From Eledone cirrhosa (lineage: Eukaryota), in NCBI GenBank assembly GCA_964016885.1, contig OZ024742.1, positions 33,666,001-33,730,000 on the forward strand: 64,000 nucleotides of DNA. The letters are read 5' to 3'. The translations under genes and the position numbers were made by a program. The notes beneath the pieces were generated by a model. That model worked only from the letters and a program-made list of their open reading frames with translations. It had not been told where the DNA came from and ran no database searches. Positions 26,816 to 40,263 of the stretch are shown here, in pieces (within the stretch, counting starts at the first letter, position 1; every line of letters begins with the position of its first letter).

Positions 26816-26882
26816 TATTTTATTATACATATTTCAGAGGTACTGAGTTAACTTCAACAGTACGTCCTCATCAGATAAAATA
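26816..26882 (-). ncRNA. type I hammerhead ribozyme in a PLE-like end (element about 26770-26935)
   Basis: reverse complement reads TATTTTAT-CTGATGA-GGACGTACTG..CAGTACCTCT-GAAA-TATGTA-TA-ATAAAATA; second copy at about 40056-40215. Confidence 0.75.
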
Positions 26883-27000
26883 AGATGATGCATGACATAC
26901 CCTGACATAGTAGATGTTAAGATCCAGTCATGGTAGAACGATGGAGAGGGGAGGAGGAGGAGAGAAGAAGAAGAAGAAGAAGAAGAAGAAGAAGAAGAAG

Positions 27001-27032
<32 letters not shown>

Positions 27033-27256
27033 GAAGAAGAAGAAGAAGAAGAAGAAGAAGAAGAAGAAGAAGAAACTAATTCTTTGATTTATTCATCGAA
27101 CTTTGTTTAACCTTTAAATATACACACACACACACACACACACATTATATCCCTTATTTCATGCCCATGTGGCATAAACCCGCCAAGATTCGAATTCAAA
27201 GCTTAAAATCAACTGCCTCCCCTTCCTCCTCCTCCTTCTCCCCCTCCTCCTCGTCG

Positions 27257-27258
<2 letters not shown>

Positions 27259-27292
<34 letters not shown>

Positions 27293-27433
27293 CCACCATA
27301 ATTATCGGCACCATCACCACCATAATTATCGGCACCATCACCACCATCATCACCACCATAATTATCGGCACCATCACCACCATCATCACCACCATAATTA
27401 TCGGCACCATCACCACCATCATCATCATCATCA
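27259..27433. repeat. (CAT)n-derived 24/36-bp tandem repeat
   Basis: CACCACCATAATTATCGGCACCAT four times. Confidence 0.9.
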
Positions 27434-29550
27434 TTCTCAACCCTTTCCTACCCATCTCCTCTTGCATCACCTTCTCTCTCTGTTTCTCTCCCCAACCATA
27501 AAAGCAATAAAAGCTGTTTCATTCAACGATTTCCAAGGAAAATTTGTATCTTAAATCGAAATTTAATTTAAACTTTTGCACGAATTCTTTAGTAAAAACA
27601 TGAAAATAATTTCTTCCTCCCTTCTCCCAATCTTCCACACCTAAAAAAGTGAATGGTGATTGAAAATTTAATAAAAATTAATTTATAAAATATGCATAAT
27701 ATTTCTGATTGATTCATGTATGAGTTTGTAACAAGTTGAATAAAATATTCTATAAATTACATCAATAAAGATGGAAATAATCTTCAGTTAATGAAAACAA
27801 GACTCACGTTTTGAAATTTAGACAACAGAAACTGTTGTGTTGTTGTTTCGAGCTAGAGCAGCCATGATTGCGAGCAGACCTATCATCAAATGTATTTCAG
27901 TTGTGACGAAGCCGTCTTTTTAAGTGTATGTAGAAATACACTATCTAATATGATCTTTCTTTATTTTGCTGTAACGATTTAAGATGAACGATCTAAAAAT
28001 AGTTTTGTTAAATGCTTATAGTATCTTTATTGGTGGACAGATTGTTGTGGAAATTTCTATATTAGAATAAAAACTAATTTTTAATGCGATGCAGTCATTA
28101 TTTTGTTTTGTACTTTTAAGAATGTCTTGCTAGTGTAGTTTCATGTGGTACAGGATATTAAGGATTAAGGCAGTAGAATATAAATGTAATTTGAAGGAAA
28201 TTTAGTTGCTATTTTTAGCAGGCCAAGTGGCTTTGTAGAACCTGTCTTTGCAAACTTACCGTTAAAAATTTAACCAACGTGACCAAGTAACTTAATAATT
28301 GATGAAACAAGCATGGTTAAGATGTCTGTTTTGTAATCAGATGGATCTGAGTTCAATCGCATTTCTCGGTATAATCTCATGTCACTTGAATGTAAAATTT
28401 GGTAAACGTAAACTGTGTTGAAGCCTGTCGGATGGACTGTGTCTCTTTTTGAGTGATAGACTTAATCCTTCACCCCGGTGTCGAGTCAGTTGAAACTATT
28501 TATTAGATGTAAACTGTATTGAGACTTGTCGAATGGAATGTCTCTTGAACATTCTTAACCTGTCATCCAGTTCAATATTTCCGACATTTCCGACATTTTC
28601 AACATTACCTGGCGCTAAGGTACCTTTCGCAGAGCCCAAATTTCCGATCTGAGTATAACCTCTCTCGTTTCTACCACAAGTCTCGAAGACCCAGAAAAAG
28701 GCTGTAGCGCATGTCTTTTCTTTACTTCATTCATAAATATAACTGCGATTCCCAAAACCTAATATTTTCTTCTAACTCTGTTACAATGGGTGTATATATA
28801 TCATAATAACCATATAGCATGTTTTCTTCTCACTCTGGTACAATGGGTGTATATATACCGTAATAATGATATAGTATGTTTTCGATTTAATGAAATTTTA
28901 CTGGAATGCTCTAACAACTTCTGTGTTGAAAGATGGAAATGAATTATGTACAGTATTAGCGCTTCCCTTAGGTCAGCAGATACTATTGTAAACGATATTT
29001 AGCTGAGTAAACTAAAATATAGTTTAATATAATTGCATGCACATACCTCGTAGGAATGTACTATTTTGATCTCATGCTACACTTTTATTGATCTGTCTTA
29101 TGGCTTTTACACTAACAGAACATAGCTCCTTGGTACGTTCTATAATTTTATTTAAATTCTGGGGTCCAGAGAACTATTTTCTTGGTGTATTCATAGCTAC
29201 CACTTAGCAGATTGCAAAAGCTCTGTCATTGAAAATAAAAGTAATGTAGCCGTTATTGGTCCAAGAAAGGCATCTCTCAATGGTATGATAAATTCAATTT
29301 CCTGTTCACTTTGTTTTTATGCAGTTTTATTCTCTTATTTCTTCTTTAAACAGCTCTGTAATCGTATTTTCGATTTTCGTATATGCATGCATATAAGTGT
29401 ATCTATATATGTATATATATGTGTATATATGTATATATGTATATATGTATATATGTATATATGTATATATATGTATATATATGTATATACGTATTTATGT
29501 GTATATATATGTATATATATGTCTATATATATGTGTATATGTATAAATAC

Positions 29551-29605
<55 letters not shown>

Positions 29606-29665
29606 TATGCAAGTATATATATATATATACGTATATATATATATGTATATATATATGTATATATG

Positions 29666-29743
<78 letters not shown>

Positions 29744-32339
29744 ATTTTACGATGAAAAATTAATTTTGATTGAACATAAAAACCGCTGACTACTCGTTTG
29801 AATCAATCACAGAAGTGAAGCAACAGAACCTTATCGAGTTGCTGGAGCTTTATAAAAGCTATACACTTCAGACGTTAATGAGAAACCTAGTCATGTGCAA
29901 TATTTCATTTAATGAATCCATTGACCATAGGGAACCAATGATGAAAACAGAATGGCCAGTTAAGTGCACGACATTTCTTATCTTATTTACTACTTCGTAT
30001 GAAACAGAAGACGTCAATGCTGTGTAAGTGTGTATGCCTATGCCAGTATTTACTTGTGTAAATCTATACGTACTTGTGTGTATGTATGTTTTGATTCTTG
30101 CATTACAAAAGTCACACTTATAACGTGACTTTCGCTGTACAATGGTGTTCGCATTTGAAGCCTTACAAAAGCCACACAATTCATAAAAGATTAAGAGAAT
30201 GAGTGAGTGAGAAAGGTAAAAAATGGTGAGAGAAATTTACATATTGATAGTCTGCGGTACCGGAACCGGGAAGACTACAAATCAAAGGAATACTTGATGC
30301 ATGGTAAGATGAAGAGTGAGTATATCAGTTAAAATAGACGATCTACCATGACCTCGGTGGTTCCGGCTGAGCTCGCGGTATATATATAAAGATAGAAAGA
30401 GAGAATGGTTATAAATTAAGCTATACATTTCTCTGTATATTCCGTAATAACTTAAAACGATTAACACAACGTATTTATTACGGGAATCATCAAAAATACT
30501 GAAAATTAACTCGTTAGAGTTACTAAAAGATATAGAGTAATTCAACCGATTGAAACTAATAAGAGGAGGCGAGGATATCTGAGGAAGCTTAACATCCAAT
30601 ATGAACCAATTCTATCTTTTCTTTGTGCCTAACGAAGTAATCAATAATGCTCTTTATTTTAACTTCGAGACGATTGGGTATGATGATGGTATTGAAATTG
30701 GCGAAATACGTTAGATCATCGTCGGCTCTGACGACGAGTGTTACAGTTGTATGATCAACAGAACAGCCTACTCGTGAACTTAATGTGCAAGTGACTGAGC
30801 AATCCACAGTGTCACGTACCCGTAACGTGTTTTTCAAGGAGATTCAGTGAGACACAGTGTATGGCAGGGCTGGATTTTTGAATTACAAGTAAAACTAATA
30901 TTTTTCTAACAAGATGAAATGAAATGTCTTACAAAAGAACAGAACGCGCCGCCGTTAATTGAACTTACAATCGTGAGCCAAACTCCCTAACCACAAAGTC
31001 TTCACAATAGGAAAGTACTTTAATAGAACACCCCATTTGGACTACCACAAATGAAGTTCTCTCTCTCTCGGCAGTTACTCGTAATCAAGTATGACTTGGT
31101 GTCAGAAAAGTCTTTTTTAAATTAATTAATAAAGTAATGCCACCAACGGTGCTCCGCTCTCACATAGGACTGTTTAATAAAGGAATTCGAACAACCATAA
31201 CCGTAGATATTGCAATAGTATAACTTGGGTGAATGTATTTAATATATACTATTGTCTCTACTCATTTCAGTGTCTCAAGATCAATTTTATTACTGACATA
31301 CAGTAACAAAAAGAGAATTATCCTATAAATCAAATTTTTAATAAGGAAAAAAAACAAAAACTTTGGGAACTTTCAAAAGATGACCATTCATAGAAATTAT
31401 TAAAAACATTACACAAAACAAAATGGACAGAAAAAAAATTATATAAAACAGAAAAAGAAACATCTATTAGCATAGTCCTATCGATTAATTGACAGTCAAT
31501 AGAGTTAGCCTATTAGATCGGTATAAAGAAAATCATTATATCGATTATAGCCAGATCAGCAATTCTCATCATTCTCTGCACATTATTTCAATATTTGATC
31601 TTGCTTTGGAGACGATTATTCTAGAAATGATTTTGGTTTCTTTTGGCAGAATCTTTGCTATCATTCAGCTGTCGTGTGTGATTTTCCATTTAAGTGGTCA
31701 CTCCGGCGTGATTTTATTTAAATGTGAAGAAATTGCCGACAGAACAGGAAACTTAAGGGTCATAAAATTGGATAGGGCTACTTCCAAAACAGCACGGTTT
31801 CTCCAAAGTTCAGAGGTCCTATCCACTTCAATAGCGACACAATGTAAATATGTTTAAGTAAACAATTGCAGAGTTCGATAACAAAAATTATGAGCTACAA
31901 AACTTTCTCTCCTCACATACTGTATCGGATGCTATTCCGCCAATCTAATTGTATTTTTACCCCTCCAAACGATATTTAGCTGAGTAAACTAAAATATAGT
32001 TTAATATAATTGCATGCACATAACCCGCAAACGTACAGTTAATCGATGAAAAAATGACAATATGACAAGGGAAATAAGCGTTACGGTCCTGATCTCAAAT
32101 CCTCGGATCATATACCGAGGCATTTAATCCATCGCTCTAACGACTTTGTCAGTTCACCGGTTATAAAATCAGTACTTTGTCAATAAAGGCGATATCGAGT
32201 TGCGGTATTATAACTCCTCGGCAAATAAAGTATTTCACGTTAACTTTATCGTTGCATAAATACAACTGAAAGATTTTAGTCTGAAAACAGGCATTGAGTG
32301 TCGTTAGCTGACTCGGGGTTAGACGATGACAGAGTTTTA

Positions 32340-32522
32340 TAATAATTGTTTCTACTTTTAGCACAAGGCCAGCAATTATCCCAGTTCATTACTGGTACTT
32401 TATTTTATCGACCCCCTAAGGATGAAAAGTAAAGTTAACCTTGGCGGGATTTGAACTCAGAACGTAAAGGGACGTAATTATGCTGTAAGCATGGTGTCCG
32501 ATTCTCTACCGATACTGCCAAT
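32340..32522 (-). mobile_element. SINE
   Basis: reverse complement of the family. Confidence 0.85.
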
Positions 32523-32940
32523 AATCCCATCATCTCAGATTTATGCACGGAAGTGATCTTTGCTGGAATATCTTTGCATTTATTATTGTAATTTAACACT
32601 CTCCCTATTTCTCCGTCTATCTCGATCTAATCTAGTATTTAAAACTTTCAAACATTAACTGATTGAACACTAAGCACTAGTATGTAAAATGTAGAAATAT
32701 TTCAGCAGTGTGGCGGCCAAGGACAGGAGAGGTCGTGACGGAGACCGGTACAAACAGGAATCAGTTGATCAGACCCTTGTACTTAACTATCTTCATCGCC
32801 TCAGAATAGCCGCACATCTTTCCATATCTCTTTACTTTTGAAAATCATGAAACTGTGAAACTGGTAATATTATAAGTTATTGTAAATAAACCTTCTTAAA
32901 GTCTCCCATGGCGTTTTCAACTCAACTTCTTTTACCCATA

Positions 32941-33028
<88 letters not shown>

Positions 33029-33097
33029 GTAAAAGAAGTTTCTGAATTTGTTGGCAACATGACCCTCCCAAAGTATAACAATATATATATATATATA

Positions 33098-33368
33098 TTA
33101 TTAGAAATGTTAGCTATCGCCGTATTTTGACTAAAGCAATTAAAGAAATTATTTAGCCTGATAGTTTTGTTAAGAACCCTCGGAGAAATGGAAAAAGATG
33201 AGTATTGACGTACATGTACGTCAATACTCATCTTTTTCCATTTCTACGAGGGTTCTTAACCCCACTATCAGGCTAAATAATTTCTTTAATTGCTTTAGTC
33301 AAAATACGGCGATAGCTTACATTTCTAATAATTTCAAATCAACTCGCTGTTTCGAAAATATTCTTACT

Positions 33369-33370
<2 letters not shown>
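33098..33370. mobile_element. (TA)n-embedded loop-less palindrome (117-bp arms) with one-sided tail
   Basis: arms 33098-33214 and 33215-33331 with centre GACGTACA|TGTACGTC; related single-arm copy at about 5637-5734. Confidence 0.8.
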
Positions 33371-33425
<55 letters not shown>

Positions 33426-33439
33426 GTATAGGATTATCC

Positions 33440-33551
33440 TGCTCTGAGGAAACAGTGGTCACAGCATTGGATATTCGAGTTCTGCAAGTACTTGTGAATT
33501 TGCACGTAGCATAACTAGGCTGCAGTACCACCGTGGAAACACTTGTAAGCA
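33440..33551 (+). ncRNA. type I hammerhead ribozyme with long stem II insert
   Basis: TGCT-CTGAGGA-AACAGTGGT..ACCACCGTG-GAAAC-ACTT-GTA-AGCA, followed by AATAAA and (TA)n. Confidence 0.75.
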
Positions 33552-33598
33552 CACGGAATAAATTACCTTTTTATGATGTCTACCTGTTATTATTCATT

Positions 33599-33631
<33 letters not shown>

Positions 33632-33635
<4 letters not shown>

Positions 33636-34151
33636 ATATTAATAATTGGAAACTATATTTATAAAACCATAATTATTTTATTATATATATTTCAAGGGCA
33701 ACCAAGGCAGTTTTGGTGCGCTTTCATCAGATAGACATACCCGTTGAAAAACAACCTCTCTCTTTTTTTTCTCTCTCTTCTTCCAACAGTATAATTTAAA
33801 TAAACGGTTGTTTTTCAATTTTTTCGGACATTCATTTGCATACTCACACAGAACTTTGAATTACCCTCAATAAAAATGTTTTTCCACTATCCAGCGAACC
33901 TTCAACCGTCAAGGTTGTTTTTCTACGGGTATGTCAACATTTATAAAACAAATTTTGTATTTTATCTGATGAAAGCGTACCAAAACTGCCTTGGTTGCCC
34001 TTGAAATATATATAATAAAATAATTATGATTTTATAAATATAGTTTCCATTTATTAATATATTGAATATTTACTCCAGTAACAGTTGAGTGCTTTATATC
34101 AGTTATAAAACTTTTAAGCTTGTTGAATCCCAACAAATTAAATATAACTTC

Positions 34152-34155
<4 letters not shown>
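33632..34155 (+). mobile_element. PLE-like end with inverted partial copy and HHR (33960-34020)
   Basis: inverted repeats 33632-33757 and 33912-34064; TTTTAT-CTGATGA-AAG..CTT-GAAA-TATATATA-ATAAAA. Confidence 0.8.
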
Positions 34156-34216
<61 letters not shown>

Positions 34217-34465
34217 ATGTATGTATATATTTTATTCTACTTTTATATGTATATAAAACACATACACACACACACACAACATATATATATATATAGATAG
34301 ATGTACATACAAACATACATACATATATATACATACAAATACATATATATATACACACATATATATATACATACATATATATATATGTATATATATATAT
34401 ACATACATATATATATGTTTTATTCTACTTTTATATGTATATAAAACACACACACACACACACAT

Positions 34466-34507
<42 letters not shown>

Positions 34508-34639
34508 CAGTCCCATGATTTCATCTCTCAGATTACTTTTTGGAAGCCGACTATGTAACACTGCTGAGTCAGCAGCATTGAATTTGTGCAAAGTAAAGCT
34601 GAAATCACACACATCCATTCATATATATACACTGATAAA

Positions 34640-35110
34640 TACTCACTTACATACATATATACAGACACACACTTATATATATATATATATACAGACACAC
34701 ACTTACATACATATACACAGACACACACTTACATATATATATACAGACACACAGTTACATACATATATATATACAGACACACACTTACATACATATACAC
34801 AGACACACACTTACATATATATATACAGACACACAGTTACATACATATATACAGACACACATATATATACAGACACACACTTACATACATATATACAGAC
34901 ACACACTTATATATATATATATACAGACACAGTCTTATATATATACATATATACAGACACACACATATATATATATATACAGACACACACTTATATACAT
35001 ATATACATACACACACTTATATATATACAGACTCACACTTATAATTATATTTATATATATATATACAGACACACACTTATATATATACAGACACACACTT
35101 ATATATATAT
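34640..35110. repeat. degenerate ACAGACACACACTTACATACATAT minisatellite (continues after the Helitron, 35866-36090)
   Basis: direct reading. Confidence 0.85.
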
Positions 35111-35117
35111 ACATATA

Positions 35118-35865
35118 CTAGCTAAACTACCCGTCCTTTGGACGGTTCAAGTAGCTTTCGATGTAGCTCATTAAACTAAACAAAGTAAATTTGAATACAT
35201 AGAAGAAAAACGTACCTTATGTAAACATGAAAACCTTAGGCACTATTCCAGCGAAATAATTAATATGTGAGCTCGGTGTCATCCGTTATACCATGTAACA
35301 ACAGAAATCCAGTCTAGGTATACATTTTTTTGACAACAGTAAAAGCGCATCATGAAATAGAGAAGTGAAGTGAATAATAGACAAATTATGTACAAAGCAT
35401 AATATTGTAAAAGTTATGACATCACTTAATGTATGAACATCAAGCTTGAAACGATAAATTATACAATGTCAAATCTATAACTTAACTTAGTAATCTGTTA
35501 GAAATTGCTGGTTGTGAAATATACAAAATGATATTTTTAATCTCAAGGAAGCGTACCTTTTGTTTCAAGTACAAAGAGTAAATTAAAATCCGAATCAGCT
35601 GAATTACGAAAGATAACTCTTGTCTTAAAGATAACTCTTGTCTTACTTAATCACGAAAATTGACACAAATAACCGAAACTTTTTTAATGTCTCCAAAGGC
35701 CCCAATATCGATTTTTGAAAGCATTTGTAGATCATGTACAGGTTTTGTTCAAGGAGAAGCTCTGTAAAAAATTTCAAAGAAATCGCATGAATGGTTTAGA
35801 ATATATGAGCCCTCATTAAAAATTGTCCACACATACAGAAAACTTCGTCTTTATATATATACAGA
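35118..35865 (-). mobile_element. non-autonomous Helitron
   Basis: minus strand A|TC...CTAG|T with subterminal hairpin CCGTCC-TTT-GGACGG at 35131-35145 and no TSD. Confidence 0.75.
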
Positions 35866-36242
35866 TATACAGACACACACTTATATATATATATATATAC
35901 TAATAAATACTCACTTACATACATATATACAGACACACACATACATATATACAGATACACACTTACATACATACATATACGGACACACACTTACATACAT
36001 ATATACGGACACGTACTTACATATATACGGACACACATACATATATACATACACACATACATATATACGTACACACTTACATACATATATACGTGCACAA
36101 CCATCACATACATTTGCAGTCAGCAAATTAGTATCAACAGCAACAGCAACAGCAACAATACCAAAAGCAATATAGAAATCTGCAATGGCGACTAATGAGC
36201 TTATACTGCTTGGTACTATCCTGGTTATTAAGACGTTCATTG

Positions 36243-37030
36243 CACACACATGTACACACACACACATGTACACACACACACATGTAGACACACACTCACA
36301 TGTAGACACACACACACACATGTACACACACACACATGTAGACACACATGTAGACACACACTCACATGTAGACACACACACACACATGTACACACACACA
36401 CATGTACACACACACACATGTAGACACACATGTAGACACACACTCACATGTAGACACACACACACACATGTACACACACGCATATGTGCACACACACACT
36501 CACATATACACACACACTCACATGTATACACACACATACACACACATGTAGACACACATGTACACACACACATGTAGACACACACATGTACACACACACA
36601 TGTACACACACACACATGTACACACATGCATATGTACACACACACACTCACATATACACACACACTCACATGTATACACACACATACACACACATGTAGA
36701 CACACATGTACACACACACACATATGTAGACACACACATGTACACACACACATGTACACACACACACATGTACACACACGCATATGTACACACACACACT
36801 CACATATACACACACACTCACATACATGTACACGCACACACACACATTTACACACACTCACATGTACACACACACGCTCACATGTATACACACACACACT
36901 CATATGTACACACAAATACACACGCACATACATGTACACGCACACTCACATGTACACACGCACATACATGTACACACACACTCACATGTACACACACACA
37001 CTCACATGTACACACACATATACGCATACA
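36243..37030. repeat. (CA)n/CATGTA low-complexity satellite
   Basis: direct reading. Confidence 0.9.
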
Positions 37031-37125
37031 CATACATATATGTGCATCCATCCCTCCATACATACATATGTATATATATATACATACATGCATGCATACA
37101 TAGACATACTTATAATCACACAAAC

Positions 37126-37181
<56 letters not shown>

Positions 37182-37340
37182 GTTGGCACACACACTCTTT
37201 GCACATACATTCATTGCACACATAAACTCACACGTACACACACACATACGCATACAGATACACACACATATGCATACACATATTCATATATTCATACATA
37301 CCTACATACACAGACGCACAAATATAATCACTCATGTAGC

Positions 37341-37423
<83 letters not shown>

Positions 37424-37424
<1 letters not shown>

Positions 37425-38298
37425 GAGGTGTGTCAGAAAAGTTCCAGGATTGATGTCACAAAAGATTTATTTCAAACCCAAACTTCACACTAAGAGTTTT
37501 CTCCTTCAAAGTAATCCCCCTGGAGTATGTAACTCTAATCTTAGCTCTCTGTAGCGATCAAACCTTTTTCTTCATAATTTTATATATATGCCCTCTGTTT
37601 CAGATCGTCAAGCAATGAGCACAGACCAACGAACAAACTTGGTATGGTTGGGGAAAACTCCGTCAGAAGCACTGGGATTGCTGCAGAAAGTGTATGGAGA
37701 TGAGACGATGTCACGCTCACGTGTTTTTGGGTGGTGCAAGATGACCCCAGGAGCGGAAGACCCTCAACAACCATGACAGGTCAACGTTGAGCGCGTCAGG
37801 CAGATGGTGCGTAACCATCGTCGGCTGACTTTTGTACTAATGGCAAATGAGCTTGGCATGAATCGGGACAGCGTCTGGAATATTCTGACTGAAGATTTGG
37901 ACATGCGGAAAGTCTGCGTGAAGATGGTGCCAAAACTGCTGAACGATGACCAGAAGGATCGACGTATGCAAGTGTGCAAGGACATCCTCGGGTGTCTTGA
38001 AACCGAACCAGACTTGCTAGGGACAGTCATCACCGGTGATGAATCATGGATCCCCGAGTACGACCCGGTGGGGACCCGTTTTGAAGACGTGGACGACAAC
38101 AAAAAAGCCGTGGCGACGGAACTGCGGAGGATCCCGGAAGAATCCTTCCAGGAGTGCATGCAAGCGTGGCAGAAAAGGATGGAAAAGAGCATTAGAGTCC
38201 AGGGGGATTACTTTGAAGAAGAAAACTCTTAGTGTGAAGTTTGGGTTTGAAATAAATCTTTTGTGACATCAGTCCTGGAACTTTTCCGACACACCTCG
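37424..38298 (+). mobile_element. non-autonomous mariner, internally deleted transposase, 101-bp inverted termini, TA target
   Basis: HTH (GKTPSEALGLLQKVYGDETMSRSRVFGW), MVPKLL and ITGDESW, then a direct jump to GTRFEDVD..GDYFE; the rest of the DD34D region is absent. Confidence 0.92.
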
Positions 38299-38314
38299 TA
38301 TATATATATATATA

Positions 38315-38745
38315 TATATTAATAAGAGGAATTCCAACTTTGTCTGATTTACTCGTTTTATTTACAATCCTTTAAAATATATATAATATGGTATTATAAT
38401 GAAATAGTATGATAGAATATTAAATTCTAAGTGTTAATTGAACAAGTACTTTCATGCTTTCGCAATCTTCAGGTTCATGATATGTGGTGACAGTCGAGTT
38501 TGCAATTTTCAACTGTTGAAAATTGCAAACTAACTCGACTGTCACCACATATCATGAACCTGAAGATTGCGAAAGCATGAAAGTACTTGTTCAATTAACA
38601 CTTAGAATTTAATATTCTATCATACTATTTCATTATAATACCATATTATATATATTTTAAAGGATTGTAAATAAAACGAGTAAATCAGACAAAGTTGGAA
38701 TTCCTCTTATTAATATAATCTTCTATACACAATCATACACACCTG
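38315..38745 (+). mobile_element. (TA)n-embedded near-perfect palindrome (about 200-bp arms) with HHR
   Basis: arms 38315-38513 and 38515-38717 with one small indel near the centre. Confidence 0.85.
38555..38593 (+). ncRNA. minimal type I hammerhead ribozyme (mirror copy on the minus strand in the left arm)
   Basis: TGAAC-CTGAAGA-TTGCGAAAGCAT-GAAA-GTAC-TT-GTTCA: stem I TGAAC/GTTCA and palindromic AAGTACTT stem III. Confidence 0.82.
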
Positions 38746-38787
38746 TGTATATCTATATATCTATATATCTATCTATCTATCTATCTA

Positions 38788-38873
<86 letters not shown>

Positions 38874-38874
<1 letters not shown>

Positions 38875-38901
38875 GAGGTGTGTCAGAAAAGTTCCAGGAC
38901 T
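38874..38901 (+). repeat. solo mariner TIR
   Basis: CGAGGTGTGTCAGAAAAGTTCCAGGACT after (TA)n, matching the terminus at 37424. Confidence 0.85.
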
Positions 38902-40263
38902 AAATTTAGATTACCTTCGGCTTTTTCAAATATTTAGCTCCTCTTTCTATCACATTCGCTAAAATATTTTAGTCGTATCTTTTGTCTACTATATATTAAA
39001 ACCCTATTATATTTTATAATATATTTTTAATATTGGGCATTTTTAAGTTTCGCAAACAATTCATTATTTTTATTTTTTATTTTTATATTTATTTTGTATC
39101 TAGCCCCTATCATTAGGACTCATGAAGTTTTGACTGATATATTTATAGTATATATCAACTAAATGAGAATAATTGATATAGAACATTAATTTATTTTTTA
39201 ACAATATATTTTAACTATATATATTTTTTAACAATATTTTCAGTAACTTATTTACAATATTATATTATTGTATTTTGTTATATTATATATATTTGAAACG
39301 TATCACCTTAAGTCTATAGACATTATAATCATTGTGTATTTTTGGATTAACACATATATATAATAAAAAATTCAGACTTCTTTAAGTTCAGTTATAAGGC
39401 CGGCTGATCCTTTAGGCATTCAAACTGTTTAATCATAAATTCTTTAATAATTATAACTATAATTATTTTATAAATTATATTATATAAACTGTTGTCAATA
39501 TTATAAATAATTTTGGTAAAGATTACCTTCGTGAGGGTATAAAAGCATTATATATTTTCTTTCTTGTGTTTCGTAAATCCTTTAAATTTGTTTTCATAAA
39601 ATTTGAATTTTAGAAATTAAACTTGATAGTATAATATAATATTAATACAGATACCTATTAACTTTTAAAACCTAAAATATTACTCATTACTCTGAAATAA
39701 CATAAATTAAATATTTTGAATATTAACGGTCAAATAAATAAGTTTGGATATATATTGCATATATGGATAATTGTCTATAGACTTGAACATAAATTACTCC
39801 CCTTTGTCTCTCTCTCTCTTTAATCATCTCTCATTTGTTTTTCGAAGCACCTACTAAATATATTATCACATCAGCTGTTTCTTCCTCTATGCTTTCCTTA
39901 CTTTTCTCTTTCTTCAGTAGTTTAACTGTTATATTGATGCCATGTATTTTTTATGCTGTATTACACGCACCCTCTCTATTGTTTGTATTATATATTTTTC
40001 TCATGTGCTCAATATTAGGGTATAAATATTGAGTTTTGTCATATGTTAATCACTACCATGACTGAATCTTAACCATCTACTATGTCAGGGTATGTCATGC
40101 ATCATCTTATTTTATCTGATGAGGACGTACTGTTGAACTTAAATCAGTACATCTGATATATGTATAATAAAATATACTTGATCACAAGAATATCTACCTT
40201 GTTAATATTTTGAATTTATATATATATATATATGTATATATATAGAAATATATATATATATAT

